Positions 1 through 7,752 of a stretch of DNA of 45,166 bases are shown here, piece by piece; the first letter of the stretch is position 1; each line of letters starts with the position of its first letter. The notes below the pieces were generated by a model that worked only from the letters and a program-made list of their open reading frames with translations, searched no databases and was not told where the DNA came from. Location: IMG/VR virus record IMGVR_UViG_3300020426_000007, positions 1 through 45,166 of that record; one strand, written 5' to 3'. This DNA is from a virus. Lineage: Duplodnaviria > Caudoviricetes. Position numbers and translations under genes: made by a program.

Positions 1-115
1 ACGTTGTTACACAGTACAATGTGAGGATCGAGGATCAATCTTGCTATCCAATCAAGATAAAATACTACGTTTCACCACCAATCCCCCGACAACCATCTTG
101 GAAGGAGGTTAAATA

Positions 116-343
116 ATGTATCCAAGAATAGTTAAAAGCCCACTCAACTCTAAGGATGCTGATTATATCAAGCATCTTTGCGAGAACCTTATAAATGTTA
201 TAACAGATTATCAGGACAAGAACCAAGCGCGGTCATCCTTGCGGTCACCTTTAGGAAGACAAAGCGTTGATGATTTACTTGACATAATAATTGATGCAAA
301 AATTGATTGTGACGAGATCATAAACAAGGAGGATGATAAATGA
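116..343 (+). CDS. hypothetical protein
   Basis: 75 aa ORF with a strong SD (AAGGAGGT); ATGA overlap with the next ORF. Confidence 0.7.
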   Translation: MYPRIVKSPLNSKDADYIKHLCENLINVITDYQDKNQARSSLRSPLGRQSVDDLLDIIIDAKIDCDEIINKEDDK

Positions 344-624
344 GTGACAAGATACCAGTGGGTTCCATCTCACTAATCAGAAGAGGTGAACAGTTTATAT
401 CTTGCGAAATAGATTTTAATGAAAACGTAAACAACAAAGAGGGAGCGGTTATAGTTTTAGATATGGTTCGGCACTGTCTCAACAGTAGTGCATGGATAAC
501 AAGTCAAGTTATGACTGCGCCAGATCGAGAGGTGTCAGATGCACAAATTGAAAGAGAAGGAGATACAACGAGCAATCCTGATCCTTCGGTTGATAGCAGA
601 GACGACAAAGAACCTGACGCTTAA
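340..624 (+). CDS. hypothetical protein
   Basis: 94 aa, SD AGGAGG, coupled to the upstream ORF. Confidence 0.65.
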   Translation: MSDKIPVGSISLIRRGEQFISCEIDFNENVNNKEGAVIVLDMVRHCLNSSAWITSQVMTAPDREVSDAQIEREGDTTSNPDPSVDSRDDKEPDA

Positions 625-805
625 AGATTTTGCTAGTGCGACGAGTACATCTCCGTATGTAATGTCAAAACTTATTACAAAACTGAACCGTCTTGGCATT
701 GTTGATAGTCCCTGGAACAGCAGGCAACCATACAAGACGGGTCCGAACGCAGATAAATACTTGAAGTATTGGTTACAACTTTCCCAATCGCCAAGCTATA
801 AATAG
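539..805 (+). CDS. winged helix-turn-helix protein (Rrf2/IclR-like N-terminal domain)
   Basis: AILILRLIA...LTLKDFASATSTSPYVMSKLITKLNRLGIVDS follows the wHTH pattern; SD GAGGT. Confidence 0.65.
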   Translation: MHKLKEKEIQRAILILRLIAETTKNLTLKDFASATSTSPYVMSKLITKLNRLGIVDSPWNSRQPYKTGPNADKYLKYWLQLSQSPSYK

Positions 806-1225
806 AACTAACGAACCTATTATACCAAAGAATATAAAGCCACCTAGTAGATATATCGTTAGGGCTTCTTTAAACTCTTCTCGCTTTTTAATTTGCTCTT
901 CCTCTTCTTTTTTTCTGTCAACTCTTATCTGAGTTCGTAGCGCCACCAGTTGATGCCATGCTGATATTCCTCTGGTGTTTATTATAATCTCTCTTAGCTC
1001 TTGCTCTAAATCTTCTGCCTGAGTTTTAGCAATAAAAGTTGATAATGCTTCCTCGTTCGCGCTTGAGAAAGGGCTTCTTTTCTTTTTGTTGTGCTTGCCC
1101 TTGGCATCGTCTATCCCGTCGAACAGTTGTCCGAGGGGTTTGGCGAGCGAGCCTAAATCTCTCCCCGCTTTTATCCCCGCAGATACCACAGAAAATGCCG
1201 CCATTGCGGTAGATATTGGTTCCAT
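773..1225 (-). CDS. conserved phage membrane-anchored coiled-coil protein
   Basis: MEPIS..AAF...GIKAGRD N-terminus of a type common in marine phages, a coiled middle and a C-terminal hydrophobic helix. Confidence 0.7.
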   Translation of the reverse strand: MEPISTAMAAFSVVSAGIKAGRDLGSLAKPLGQLFDGIDDAKGKHNKKKRSPFSSANEEALSTFIAKTQAEDLEQELREIIINTRGISAWHQLVALRTQIRVDRKKEEEEQIKKREEFKEALTIYLLGGFIFFGIIGSLVLFIAWRLGKL

Positions 1226-1239
1226 TGCTCGTGCCTACT

Positions 1240-1392
1240 TTACTTATCTTTGTCATTCCAAAGATTGAATAGAGTTGCTACCTTTTCTTTCAAAATCGTA
1301 ATGTCATTGTGCATCTTGGCTAGAACAATAATCAAACCAATACACGCGACGAGCGGACCCCAGATCAGGGAAAGTACATCCGAAAGCTCCAT
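1240..1392 (-). CDS. small membrane protein (50 aa, not in ORF track)
   Basis: Hand translation MELSDVLSLIWGPLVACIGLIIVLAKMHNDITILKEKVATLFNLWNDKDK: a TM helix followed by a short coiled coil. Confidence 0.7.
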   Translation of the reverse strand: MELSDVLSLIWGPLVACIGLIIVLAKMHNDITILKEKVATLFNLWNDKDK

Positions 1393-1403
1393 TGCCAGCC
1401 ACC

Positions 1404-1571
1404 CTAAAAATCGCTAAGGATGACTAGCACTAGAAAGATGATAACCCCCAAGCAAACCAAGAACTCTTTCGTCTTGTATTGCGGCGGGATGCGGCTGAAC
1501 AATGATTTAACAGGTGAAATAATATAAGAATTAAATGAGGTTTTTACCCAGCTTTTCGCTCCTTCCAACAT
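1404..1571 (-). CDS. small membrane protein (55 aa, not in ORF track)
   Basis: MLEGAKSW...EFLVCLGVIIFLVLVILSDF; SD AGGAG; C-terminal TM helix. Confidence 0.65.
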   Translation of the reverse strand: MLEGAKSWVKTSFNSYIISPVKSLFSRIPPQYKTKEFLVCLGVIIFLVLVILSDF

Positions 1572-1589
1572 AATAATTACTCCTAAAAA

Positions 1590-1781
1590 CTAACGCCTTC
1601 TTCGTACCTTGGTGGTACGCATACCGTACAAAGGTTTGTCAGACTGAGAAGAGGAAGTGGACTTAGCCATTCTACCAAAATGTGTTGGGAGATTTGCCTT
1701 TGCCCTATAGTTATTTATCCTGATAGGTGCAGACCTTGTTCCGCTAGTAACACCAAAGATGATACCTCTATCTTTTCGCAT
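1590..1781 (-). CDS. small basic protein
   Basis: 63 aa, Arg/Lys-rich; TAATG coupling with the upstream small ORF. Confidence 0.65.
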   Translation of the reverse strand: MRKDRGIIFGVTSGTRSAPIRINNYRAKANLPTHFGRMAKSTSSSQSDKPLYGMRTTKVRRRR

Positions 1782-1885
1782 TAGTATTTCCTTTTAGTTT
1801 TCTTGGCTTTCTTTTTAGTGTTCTTCGGCCCAGCCTTCTTTGTAATCTTCATTTTGACACGCACTGGTCTTACGTTTCCACGCAT
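1781..1885 (-). CDS. very small Lys-rich protein (34 aa, not in ORF track)
   Basis: MRGNVRPVRVKMKITKKAGPKNTKKKAKKTKRKY; SD AAGGAG; its stop overlaps the next ATG (TAATG). Confidence 0.6.
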   Translation of the reverse strand: MRGNVRPVRVKMKITKKAGPKNTKKKAKKTKRKY

Positions 1886-2411
1886 TTAACTGCTCCTTTC
1901 GTTCGTCCAAAACCTCCAACTCTACATTGGAGTACGATCTATAGTATCCTGTTTTCTTAAGAGCGTCAGATGCTCTAACAAGATGTTCGTATTCTTGCAC
2001 AAGAATGATACAGATGTCGTCCACTTGTGAAAAAATATCTGTCTCGTCTTGCTCCTTCTCCCCGAAACCTGGGTGGAAAGCGCTGATCCATACCCCAAAA
2101 TGATTTTCGTTTTGTGAAAAAATCCAATCGGAGAAGTCGTCTTCACTCATCTCCCTCCAACCCGTCCACGCAACAACATGCGTGAAGTCACCTTCGGGAG
2201 GATTAAAACCTTTGAGTTCGACAACTGCCTCAAGGTCAGGAGTTACATGTATCATAACTCTATGTCTTGCCCATGCCGCTTTTGCAAAAGGACAGGGTGG
2301 GCCATTATATATAGGGTTAGGGACTTCTATTTGAGAGATAGACCAGATACGCACACGTTCTGCTATCTTTAATGCCTCGTCATCCCATTCTTCTGAGCTA
2401 ATTAATTCCAT
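1815..2411 (-). CDS. hypothetical protein with PPCPFA motif (DUF1415-like)
   Basis: W...PPCPFAKAAW and FHP motifs; start moved to the ATG at 2411 behind SD GGAGG. Confidence 0.65.
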   Translation of the reverse strand: MELISSEEWDDEALKIAERVRIWSISQIEVPNPIYNGPPCPFAKAAWARHRVMIHVTPDLEAVVELKGFNPPEGDFTHVVAWTGWREMSEDDFSDWIFSQNENHFGVWISAFHPGFGEKEQDETDIFSQVDDICIILVQEYEHLVRASDALKKTGYYRSYSNVELEVLDERKEQLNAWKRKTSACQNEDYKEGWAEEH

Positions 2412-2454
2412 CTTATCCTCCAAGCCGACCCGCGAAGCGGGGGAGGCTTGTTTA

Positions 2455-2485
2455 ACTATGATGGAAGTTAAACTATTTGTCGTCC
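2455..2485 (-). promoter_or_regulatory. putative phage-specific promoter P1 (GGACGAC-N18-CATAGT)
   Basis: One of seven similarly spaced motif copies lying upstream of gene starts. Confidence 0.6.
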
Positions 2486-2997
2486 GAACTGAGAGTGTTT
2501 ACGATTGCGCTAGCCCAGACAATTAGCTCATGATCCTCAAGACGATTACGCATAACATTAGCTTGTTTTGTTACTAATCTTATGTTCCCGACTACATATC
2601 CGAGACTATTATCAATGCGATCCATTGATATATTATACTTATAATTTTCGTCACTGCTCTTACCACCTCTTTCCATCTTCATGGAAAAACCAGTAATTGC
2701 ACAAAGACCTTTTTGTTTTTTATATAATTCCACAAGGTAATTTTTATCGACCAGTTCTTTCTCGTTCCAGCCTCTATTTATTTTTTTATATCTAGTGCGG
2801 AGGCGAGCGGTACTTAGTAATTGACTGAAAAATTTATACGGTGTGTCAGCCATTCGCTTGTTATTACAAGGCTTGCAGTAGCCATAAGGCGCTCCAACCC
2901 TACCTTCTTTCTTTGCCGTAGGACCGTTCCTCTTATAAAATTGATCTAAGGTTTTAAGTTTCTTGCATCGTGGACATCTCTTCTTTTGGATGCCCAA
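2473..2997 (-). CDS. HNH-type endonuclease with N-terminal zinc ribbon
   Basis: CPRC...YCKPC ribbon; CAITG and SMDRIDNSLGYVVGNIRLV...N nuclease motif; probable TTG start behind AAGGAG. Confidence 0.8.
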   Translation of the reverse strand: MGIQKKRCPRCKKLKTLDQFYKRNGPTAKKEGRVGAPYGYCKPCNNKRMADTPYKFFSQLLSTARLRTRYKKINRGWNEKELVDKNYLVELYKKQKGLCAITGFSMKMERGGKSSDENYKYNISMDRIDNSLGYVVGNIRLVTKQANVMRNRLEDHELIVWASAIVNTLSSDDK

Positions 2998-3370
2998 TCT
3001 TATTTTCTCCTTTGTATTCAAGATACACTTTATACATCTCCAAAAAATCATCCAAACGTAGGACGCATAAGCTCTCACCCGTCTTCATTCGATTACGTCT
3101 TGTCATTACTATTGGATGCTCAGGGCTATTCGTCTTGACCTTATTTGTCTCTGCCTGTTGCATTGCGGCGTGAAAGTTTAATCTTTCTACTCTCTTCGCT
3201 TCTACAAATAAATGGGGCGTTCCCATTAGATCAGCCCCACCCGACAATCCTACGTGTCCACCACCAGATAGGGGCGCACGAAAACTTTGTATAGAAGTCG
3301 CCTCATTTATATAAGCCGCGAGTTCGCGCTCATAATTATCGCCTTTATTTTTACTAGACCTACCGCCCAT
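2954..3370 (-). CDS. PD-(D/E)XK nuclease, Holliday-junction resolvase-like
   Basis: SKNKGDNYERELA...GADL...FVEAKR motif. Confidence 0.8.
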   Translation of the reverse strand: MGGRSSKNKGDNYERELAAYINEATSIQSFRAPLSGGGHVGLSGGADLMGTPHLFVEAKRVERLNFHAAMQQAETNKVKTNSPEHPIVMTRRNRMKTGESLCVLRLDDFLEMYKVYLEYKGENKIGHPKEEMSTMQET

Positions 3371-3663
3371 TAATCCTCGTAGCCCATTGACTTTCTACAA
3401 TCTCTGCAAAAGAACCAATTCTTTGGGCGTTCCTCGGTTGAACGACACGACATGCACGGCCTCGTCCATGTCTTGTCACTAAAATCCCTACGGACCTGAT
3501 ACTTAGCTCCGTCAAATTCTTGTAGCCCTTCGCGTACAAGTATTCGTTTTAAGGTATCGACACAACAACCTACTCGCTGTGCTAAATCAGAATAACTATA
3601 ACTTTTATGGTTTTTTTGGAGCCATCTCAGGTCTGGATCACTAATCCTAACCTGTTTTGGCAT
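3370..3663 (-). CDS. HTH plus C4 zinc-finger protein, putative transcription regulator
   Basis: SYSDLAQRVGCCVDTLKRIL HTH; CMSC...CRDC; ATG at 3663 behind AAGGAGGT. Confidence 0.7.
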   Translation of the reverse strand: MPKQVRISDPDLRWLQKNHKSYSYSDLAQRVGCCVDTLKRILVREGLQEFDGAKYQVRRDFSDKTWTRPCMSCRSTEERPKNWFFCRDCRKSMGYED

Positions 3664-3690
3664 ATAAAATACACCTCCTTTCAAAGTTTT

Positions 3691-3719
3691 AATGTATGTT
3701 ATACAAAGTGATTTGGCAA
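3691..3719 (-). promoter_or_regulatory. sigma70-type promoter TTGCCA-N17-TACATT with overlapping palindrome
   Basis: Read on the minus strand upstream of 3663; TGTATGTTATACA at 3693-3705 overlaps the -10. Confidence 0.55.
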
Positions 3720-3741
3720 TGAGAAATTTTTATTCAAGGGG

Positions 3742-3770
3742 TTGACCTTTAGGGAAAAAATTTATAAACT
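3742..3770 (+). promoter_or_regulatory. sigma70-type promoter TTGACC-N17-TAAACT
   Basis: Near-consensus hexamers with 17-bp spacing. Confidence 0.7.
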
Positions 3771-3774
3771 GCGA

Positions 3775-3985
3775 GAGTTTCTCCTTAGAAGCGAACAGCA
3801 GTTGGGCCGTAGGCCCACTGCTGGAGCGAGAGAACTCGATAACGAAAGTTATCTACCAAGCAGTTTATAACCTACTATACACTTCTTGGTATCTGAGGGG
3901 GAACGTGTTAAGGTAATGATCTATCCATGTAGATTAAAAGGTCGGAAACGGGGGGGAGTACGCCAATACTCCCCCTACCTTTAAG
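3775..3985 (+). ncRNA. putative structured RNA, long leader or origin element
   Basis: Five consecutive stem-loops with GAAA tetraloops and a G-U pair favouring the + strand, directly behind a sigma70 promoter. Confidence 0.5.
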
Positions 3986-4303
3986 ATGCCAAAGAAAACT
4001 CCCAAGCAAATACATCAAGAAAAATTGTATGAAGAGTGGAAAAGAAGAAAGGCTTCTCCAACTCCACCACCCCCACCACCACCACAACCGCTCGTTCACA
4101 AGCACAACTCCATCAACACCCCAAGACGAGAAGACTACGAACATCTAGCTAGGGAAAATCGTGCGAAGTATCCTGAGATAGCTCGGATGGTAGATGAAAT
4201 AAGACAGCACTTCCCTGGGGCTAAGGTGGTCGCCGTAAGACCAAGACGAGATGTCGTCAAGCGTCAAGCTCCAACCACTCCCTCACCTGACGAAGAGGCC
4301 TAG
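3986..4303 (+). CDS. hypothetical protein with poly-Pro linker
   Basis: 105 aa; plausible helical segment ENRAKYPEIARMVDEIRQHFPGAKV; no clear SD; converges on the primase gene. Confidence 0.55.
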   Translation: MPKKTPKQIHQEKLYEEWKRRKASPTPPPPPPPQPLVHKHNSINTPRREDYEHLARENRAKYPEIARMVDEIRQHFPGAKVVAVRPRRDVVKRQAPTTPSPDEEA

Positions 4304-6140
4304 ATAGTTTATCGGCAATTAGTGACGGGTCTTTACCATCGAGCGCCATTGTCTTAGCTCTTTGTTTTGTGCTGGAAGAAGACACGATAATCTTTTCGTC
4401 TGTTATATTGTGTACCGCAAAGCCTATCCACTGAACACGATCATGGAGATCGGTCCACTCCCTGACCTTACCGTATCTTATTTCCATGACCATATATAAC
4501 ATAAAGTCTGTGGGTAACTTCGACTCAAGCTGTGGATATATAGGGTTTTCGTAGTTGCCATCGTACAATGCCGCATTTTGTTTTGCGGTTTCTTCATCCT
4601 TAAATACCTGAGCTATCCTTATTTGTGTCTCTAGTACAGTCAACTGATTGGTTGATCCAGCCTCACGACCAATACCATTCTCGCTAGGTTTGTTGCTGTG
4701 ATGGATCATGATAACAGACATCCCCGCATTTCTGAGACGAACCGCCAATTTATTGACGCGAGACCATTCGTCTGAGGAATTTTCTGCGAGGCCAGGGTAT
4801 GCTGTTCTGATGGTATCGACTACAACAACGTCAGGTTTTACAAATTCAATCCACCCCTCAAGTTCTTGCAACCCCTCTCTCTGATTGAGGTCCATCTCTC
4901 TCTCATCAACATAAGGTGTCCATATATTCAAGCGTTCACCCGTATCGCCATGAACTGAACGCAAGTCCATGAGCCTTCTTGCAATGGTAGCCATGCCCAT
5001 CTCAAAATCTAAATATAAAACTTTTGCTACACGACCAACCTCGAAGGGTCCGAAGTATCTTTGTCCCGCTGTCAGAGCCGCCATTGCATGTTGAACAAAC
5101 AAACTCTTACCATGACCAGAGTAGCCAAACACTTGGACTATTGTATTACTTGGTAGCCAAGGCTCAATGAGATAAGACTTTGCCTGACTTTTTTCGAGCA
5201 ACTGTTCCGCGTCATTCATTCTAATAAGTTTTCTTTCTCGCGGTCTGTCTTCGTCTTGTGGTCTTAACAGGAAGTCCCCTGCATGATTAAAATTTTCGGG
5301 ATGGTTTCTTTTTTCTGACTGCTCCATTGATGAAACAGTCGCCTCAAACTCTCTCTCGTCAAGAGGTTCTTCAAAGAACTCTCGCATGAAAGCGTATGCT
5401 CTCACTCTAAGTTCTGCTCCCCAATAACCTTGCTTGATGGTCTCGGAAACATATCTCATGACCCGCTCATTCCGACCATTGCTAAAGCCAGTAGGGATTT
5501 TCATAGTGTTTGGATAGGTGTCCTTAACAAACTTTGCAGTTCGATCCCACTCGTTTAAGAAATCTTCCTCGGTGAGGGGGGCAACCCCCGTTAAATCTAG
5601 CTCATTGAATCGGAACTCTTTTTCACCATCGGAAACAATAGGTCTCCAATCTTTCCATACTGGCATCTCATCCCAGTCGAAGTGGGGCGGGATGTTCCAT
5701 TCATAGTTTTTACTAGGTGGAAGTAGGGCATACGATCCATCCCCACGAAAATCAAGGCCATCAATCTTAGGCCAATCAACGCCTCTTGAATTTATACCCG
5801 CCCTCGGTCCTCGACGTATGCCATCTCTAGGATGCTCGAAATATAAATGTATTCCGCGTTTTGTTTTAACTTGAATCAACGAGTCCATGCCTGCCTCATG
5901 TGCCGCAATCCTTGACTCTTCATTATCGCAATCAACGATGACTAAACCAGAGAGATGGCCCGTAACAATGGCTATGTCGTGGTCTGGATGGTTTGTCCAC
6001 CACCTCTCGACCTCTTCTTCTGTAGGTAAACGGTCTTGATACTCAATCCATTTTATTGCTGGTCTCTTGGTTTCTGGTCTTATAGGAATAATTGACCACC
6101 CTCGGTCAAGATACTCCAACGCCTCCGTCAATTTGCTCAT
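4257..6140 (-). CDS. bifunctional primase-polymerase / PriCT / RepA-like (AAA_25) helicase
   Basis: GWSIIPI..KRP, IVDCD, GIHLYF and LDFRGDGSY prim-pol motifs; GRNE...EPL..E PriCT; Walker A GYSGHGKS, Walker B VVVVDT, IHHSNK. Confidence 0.92.
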   Translation of the reverse strand: MSKLTEALEYLDRGWSIIPIRPETKRPAIKWIEYQDRLPTEEEVERWWTNHPDHDIAIVTGHLSGLVIVDCDNEESRIAAHEAGMDSLIQVKTKRGIHLYFEHPRDGIRRGPRAGINSRGVDWPKIDGLDFRGDGSYALLPPSKNYEWNIPPHFDWDEMPVWKDWRPIVSDGEKEFRFNELDLTGVAPLTEEDFLNEWDRTAKFVKDTYPNTMKIPTGFSNGRNERVMRYVSETIKQGYWGAELRVRAYAFMREFFEEPLDEREFEATVSSMEQSEKRNHPENFNHAGDFLLRPQDEDRPRERKLIRMNDAEQLLEKSQAKSYLIEPWLPSNTIVQVFGYSGHGKSLFVQHAMAALTAGQRYFGPFEVGRVAKVLYLDFEMGMATIARRLMDLRSVHGDTGERLNIWTPYVDEREMDLNQREGLQELEGWIEFVKPDVVVVDTIRTAYPGLAENSSDEWSRVNKLAVRLRNAGMSVIMIHHSNKPSENGIGREAGSTNQLTVLETQIRIAQVFKDEETAKQNAALYDGNYENPIYPQLESKLPTDFMLYMVMEIRYGKVREWTDLHDRVQWIGFAVHNITDEKIIVSSSSTKQRAKTMALDGKDPSLIADKLSRPLRQVREWLELDA

Positions 6141-6345
6141 GCTGTTTCTCCGTTGTTAGTTCAAAGTAATCATCAATTTTAAGGTTGGGATCAGCACTCA
6201 ATATCTTTTCTAAGTTAGTTGATGAAATGTAATTGCGGTCAATCCATCCATAAGGAGCAGTTCTAACGACACCAGTAATCTCAGCAACCTTAGCCGCACC
6301 ACCTACATCATCTATAAGTTTTTGAATGTTGAGAACTTTCTTCAA
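6106..6345 (-). CDS. Cro-like HTH repressor
   Basis: LIDDVGGAAKVAEITGVVRTAPYGW; probable TTG start 7 nt behind AGGAG; sits at the divergence point. Confidence 0.75.
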   Translation of the reverse strand: MKKVLNIQKLIDDVGGAAKVAEITGVVRTAPYGWIDRNYISSTNLEKILSADPNLKIDDYFELTTEKQHEQIDGGVGVS

Positions 6346-6378
6346 AAAGGGTCTCCTTTTTTTACTTGCATTACCATC

Positions 6379-6396
6379 TGTATGATGTATCATACA
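6379..6396. promoter_or_regulatory. palindromic operator candidate TGTATGAT-GT-ATCATACA
   Basis: Perfect 8-bp inverted repeat in the divergent intergenic region. Confidence 0.6.
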
Positions 6397-6473
6397 ACTT
6401 GTGGTGTTGTAAAGACACCATTTGTTAACGGGTCAAACAAATGTAAGCTGACCTCATACAATAAGGAGACAGT

Positions 6474-6989
6474 ATGAAAGTGAAGACAGATAGCTCCGAA
6501 TGGAGCGCATTTGATCCTACTTCTACTAAAACATCCGCACCGCTTAAAGATGTTGATGCAGAGGTAAGGTCTACAGAAAGTGCAAGTATAACGACTAAAA
6601 TAAAAGAAGCGGACAAACGCAAATCAAACCTTTTAGTTGATCTAGCATATAGGTTCCAAGAAATTCATGAGCGTGTCGAGAGGGACACGGCTGAATTGGA
6701 CCAACTCACAGCAGAGATAGCGCACTATTTTCCAGAAGAAGCTGGTGAAGTTTCAAAAGAAAGTGGTGAGTTTAACATTGTTGTTAATCGAACTGAGCGT
6801 TGGGTTTGGGATAAGAAAAAACTCGAAGAGCATTTTGGTGAGCAAGAGTTACCACCTTATGTAACTCGAAATTTAACTGTCGATAAAAGAAAATTTCAGA
6901 GGCTACCTCACGAGGATCAGTCTGCATTGAAGTTTGCTTTGACTCGAAATTTAAACTCTCCAAGAGTAAAGGTAATCAAAAATGTTTAA
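6474..6989 (+). CDS. hypothetical protein of the recombination module
   Basis: 171 aa, SD AAGGAG, first gene before the Sak4-like ATPase. Confidence 0.75.
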   Translation: MKVKTDSSEWSAFDPTSTKTSAPLKDVDAEVRSTESASITTKIKEADKRKSNLLVDLAYRFQEIHERVERDTAELDQLTAEIAHYFPEEAGEVSKESGEFNIVVNRTERWVWDKKKLEEHFGEQELPPYVTRNLTVDKRKFQRLPHEDQSALKFALTRNLNSPRVKVIKNV

Positions 6990-7752
6990 AACTATGTCAA
7001 CTAAGGACATCCAAAAGGATGGTCCCGCCAAAGTTCTTTTGTATGCACATCACGGATGGGGTAAAACTTATCAGTGCCGATACTTTCAAAAGCGCTACGG
7101 TAAAGGGATAATAATTTCTGGTGAAGCTGGACTGAAATCAGTTGAGGATGTCGATATAGATTATCTTCCATTCTCTTCTTGGAACGGCAAGCACGATCCA
7201 GAAGAAGGTGTTTTTTCCTTTCGTGGAATTGTCAAAATGCTTGGATCAGACGAGTTTAAAAAAGCTGGTTACAAGTGGATAGCCATAGACAGCCTAACAG
7301 AAATGTCTGAGCGACTTGTGGAGCAATTAGAAAATGAATGGAAGGAAAAAGGCAAGACCGCAGACTTCCAAATGTGGGGCGAGTATAATCGTCTGATGCT
7401 TGGTAGTCTGAAATGGATACGCGATCTTCCTTATCATGTTTATGTATCTGCTCTTGCTAAAGAAGAAAAGGATGCAAACGATGTTACCCAATACTGGGTA
7501 CTTGTAAAAGGACAAGCGGTTTCAAAACATGTACCCGCCCTTTTCGATCATGTTTTTTGTGGCGTAAGAACTACTGAAAAGACAGAGGGCGGAAGGCCCA
7601 AAGTTAAAAGGTATGTTGTCACCGACGAAGTGTCGGGTTGGCATGGCAAAGCAAGAGACCCACTTAATCGTCTGAAACCATACGAAGAGGTTGACGACAT
7701 CACAGAGTTGCTAGAGCGAATGGCAAATGGAAAGGAGCAAAGCGATGAGTAA
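6982..7752 (+). CDS. Sak4-like ATPase / single-strand annealing protein (AAA_24)
   Basis: KVLLYAHHGWGKT Walker A, IAIDSLTE Walker B, GKAR tail; adjacent to an SSB. Confidence 0.85.
   Translation: MFKTMSTKDIQKDGPAKVLLYAHHGWGKTYQCRYFQKRYGKGIIISGEAGLKSVEDVDIDYLPFSSWNGKHDPEEGVFSFRGIVKMLGSDEFKKAGYKWIAIDSLTEMSERLVEQLENEWKEKGKTADFQMWGEYNRLMLGSLKWIRDLPYHVYVSALAKEEKDANDVTQYWVLVKGQAVSKHVPALFDHVFCGVRTTEKTEGGRPKVKRYVVTDEVSGWHGKARDPLNRLKPYEEVDDITELLERMANGKEQSDE

Noticed and set aside
21-60. Short direct repeat GAGGATC x2 and inverted repeat ATCTTG/CAAGAT at the window start
   Set aside because: Too short and context truncated; cannot be called a terminal repeat or operator.
3775-3870. tRNA-like cloverleaf
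   Set aside because: No T-loop or D-loop consensus, acceptor stem or 7-nt anticodon loop.
4059-4086. CCA-rich tandem repeat
   Set aside because: Explained by the poly-proline codons of ORF 3986-4303.
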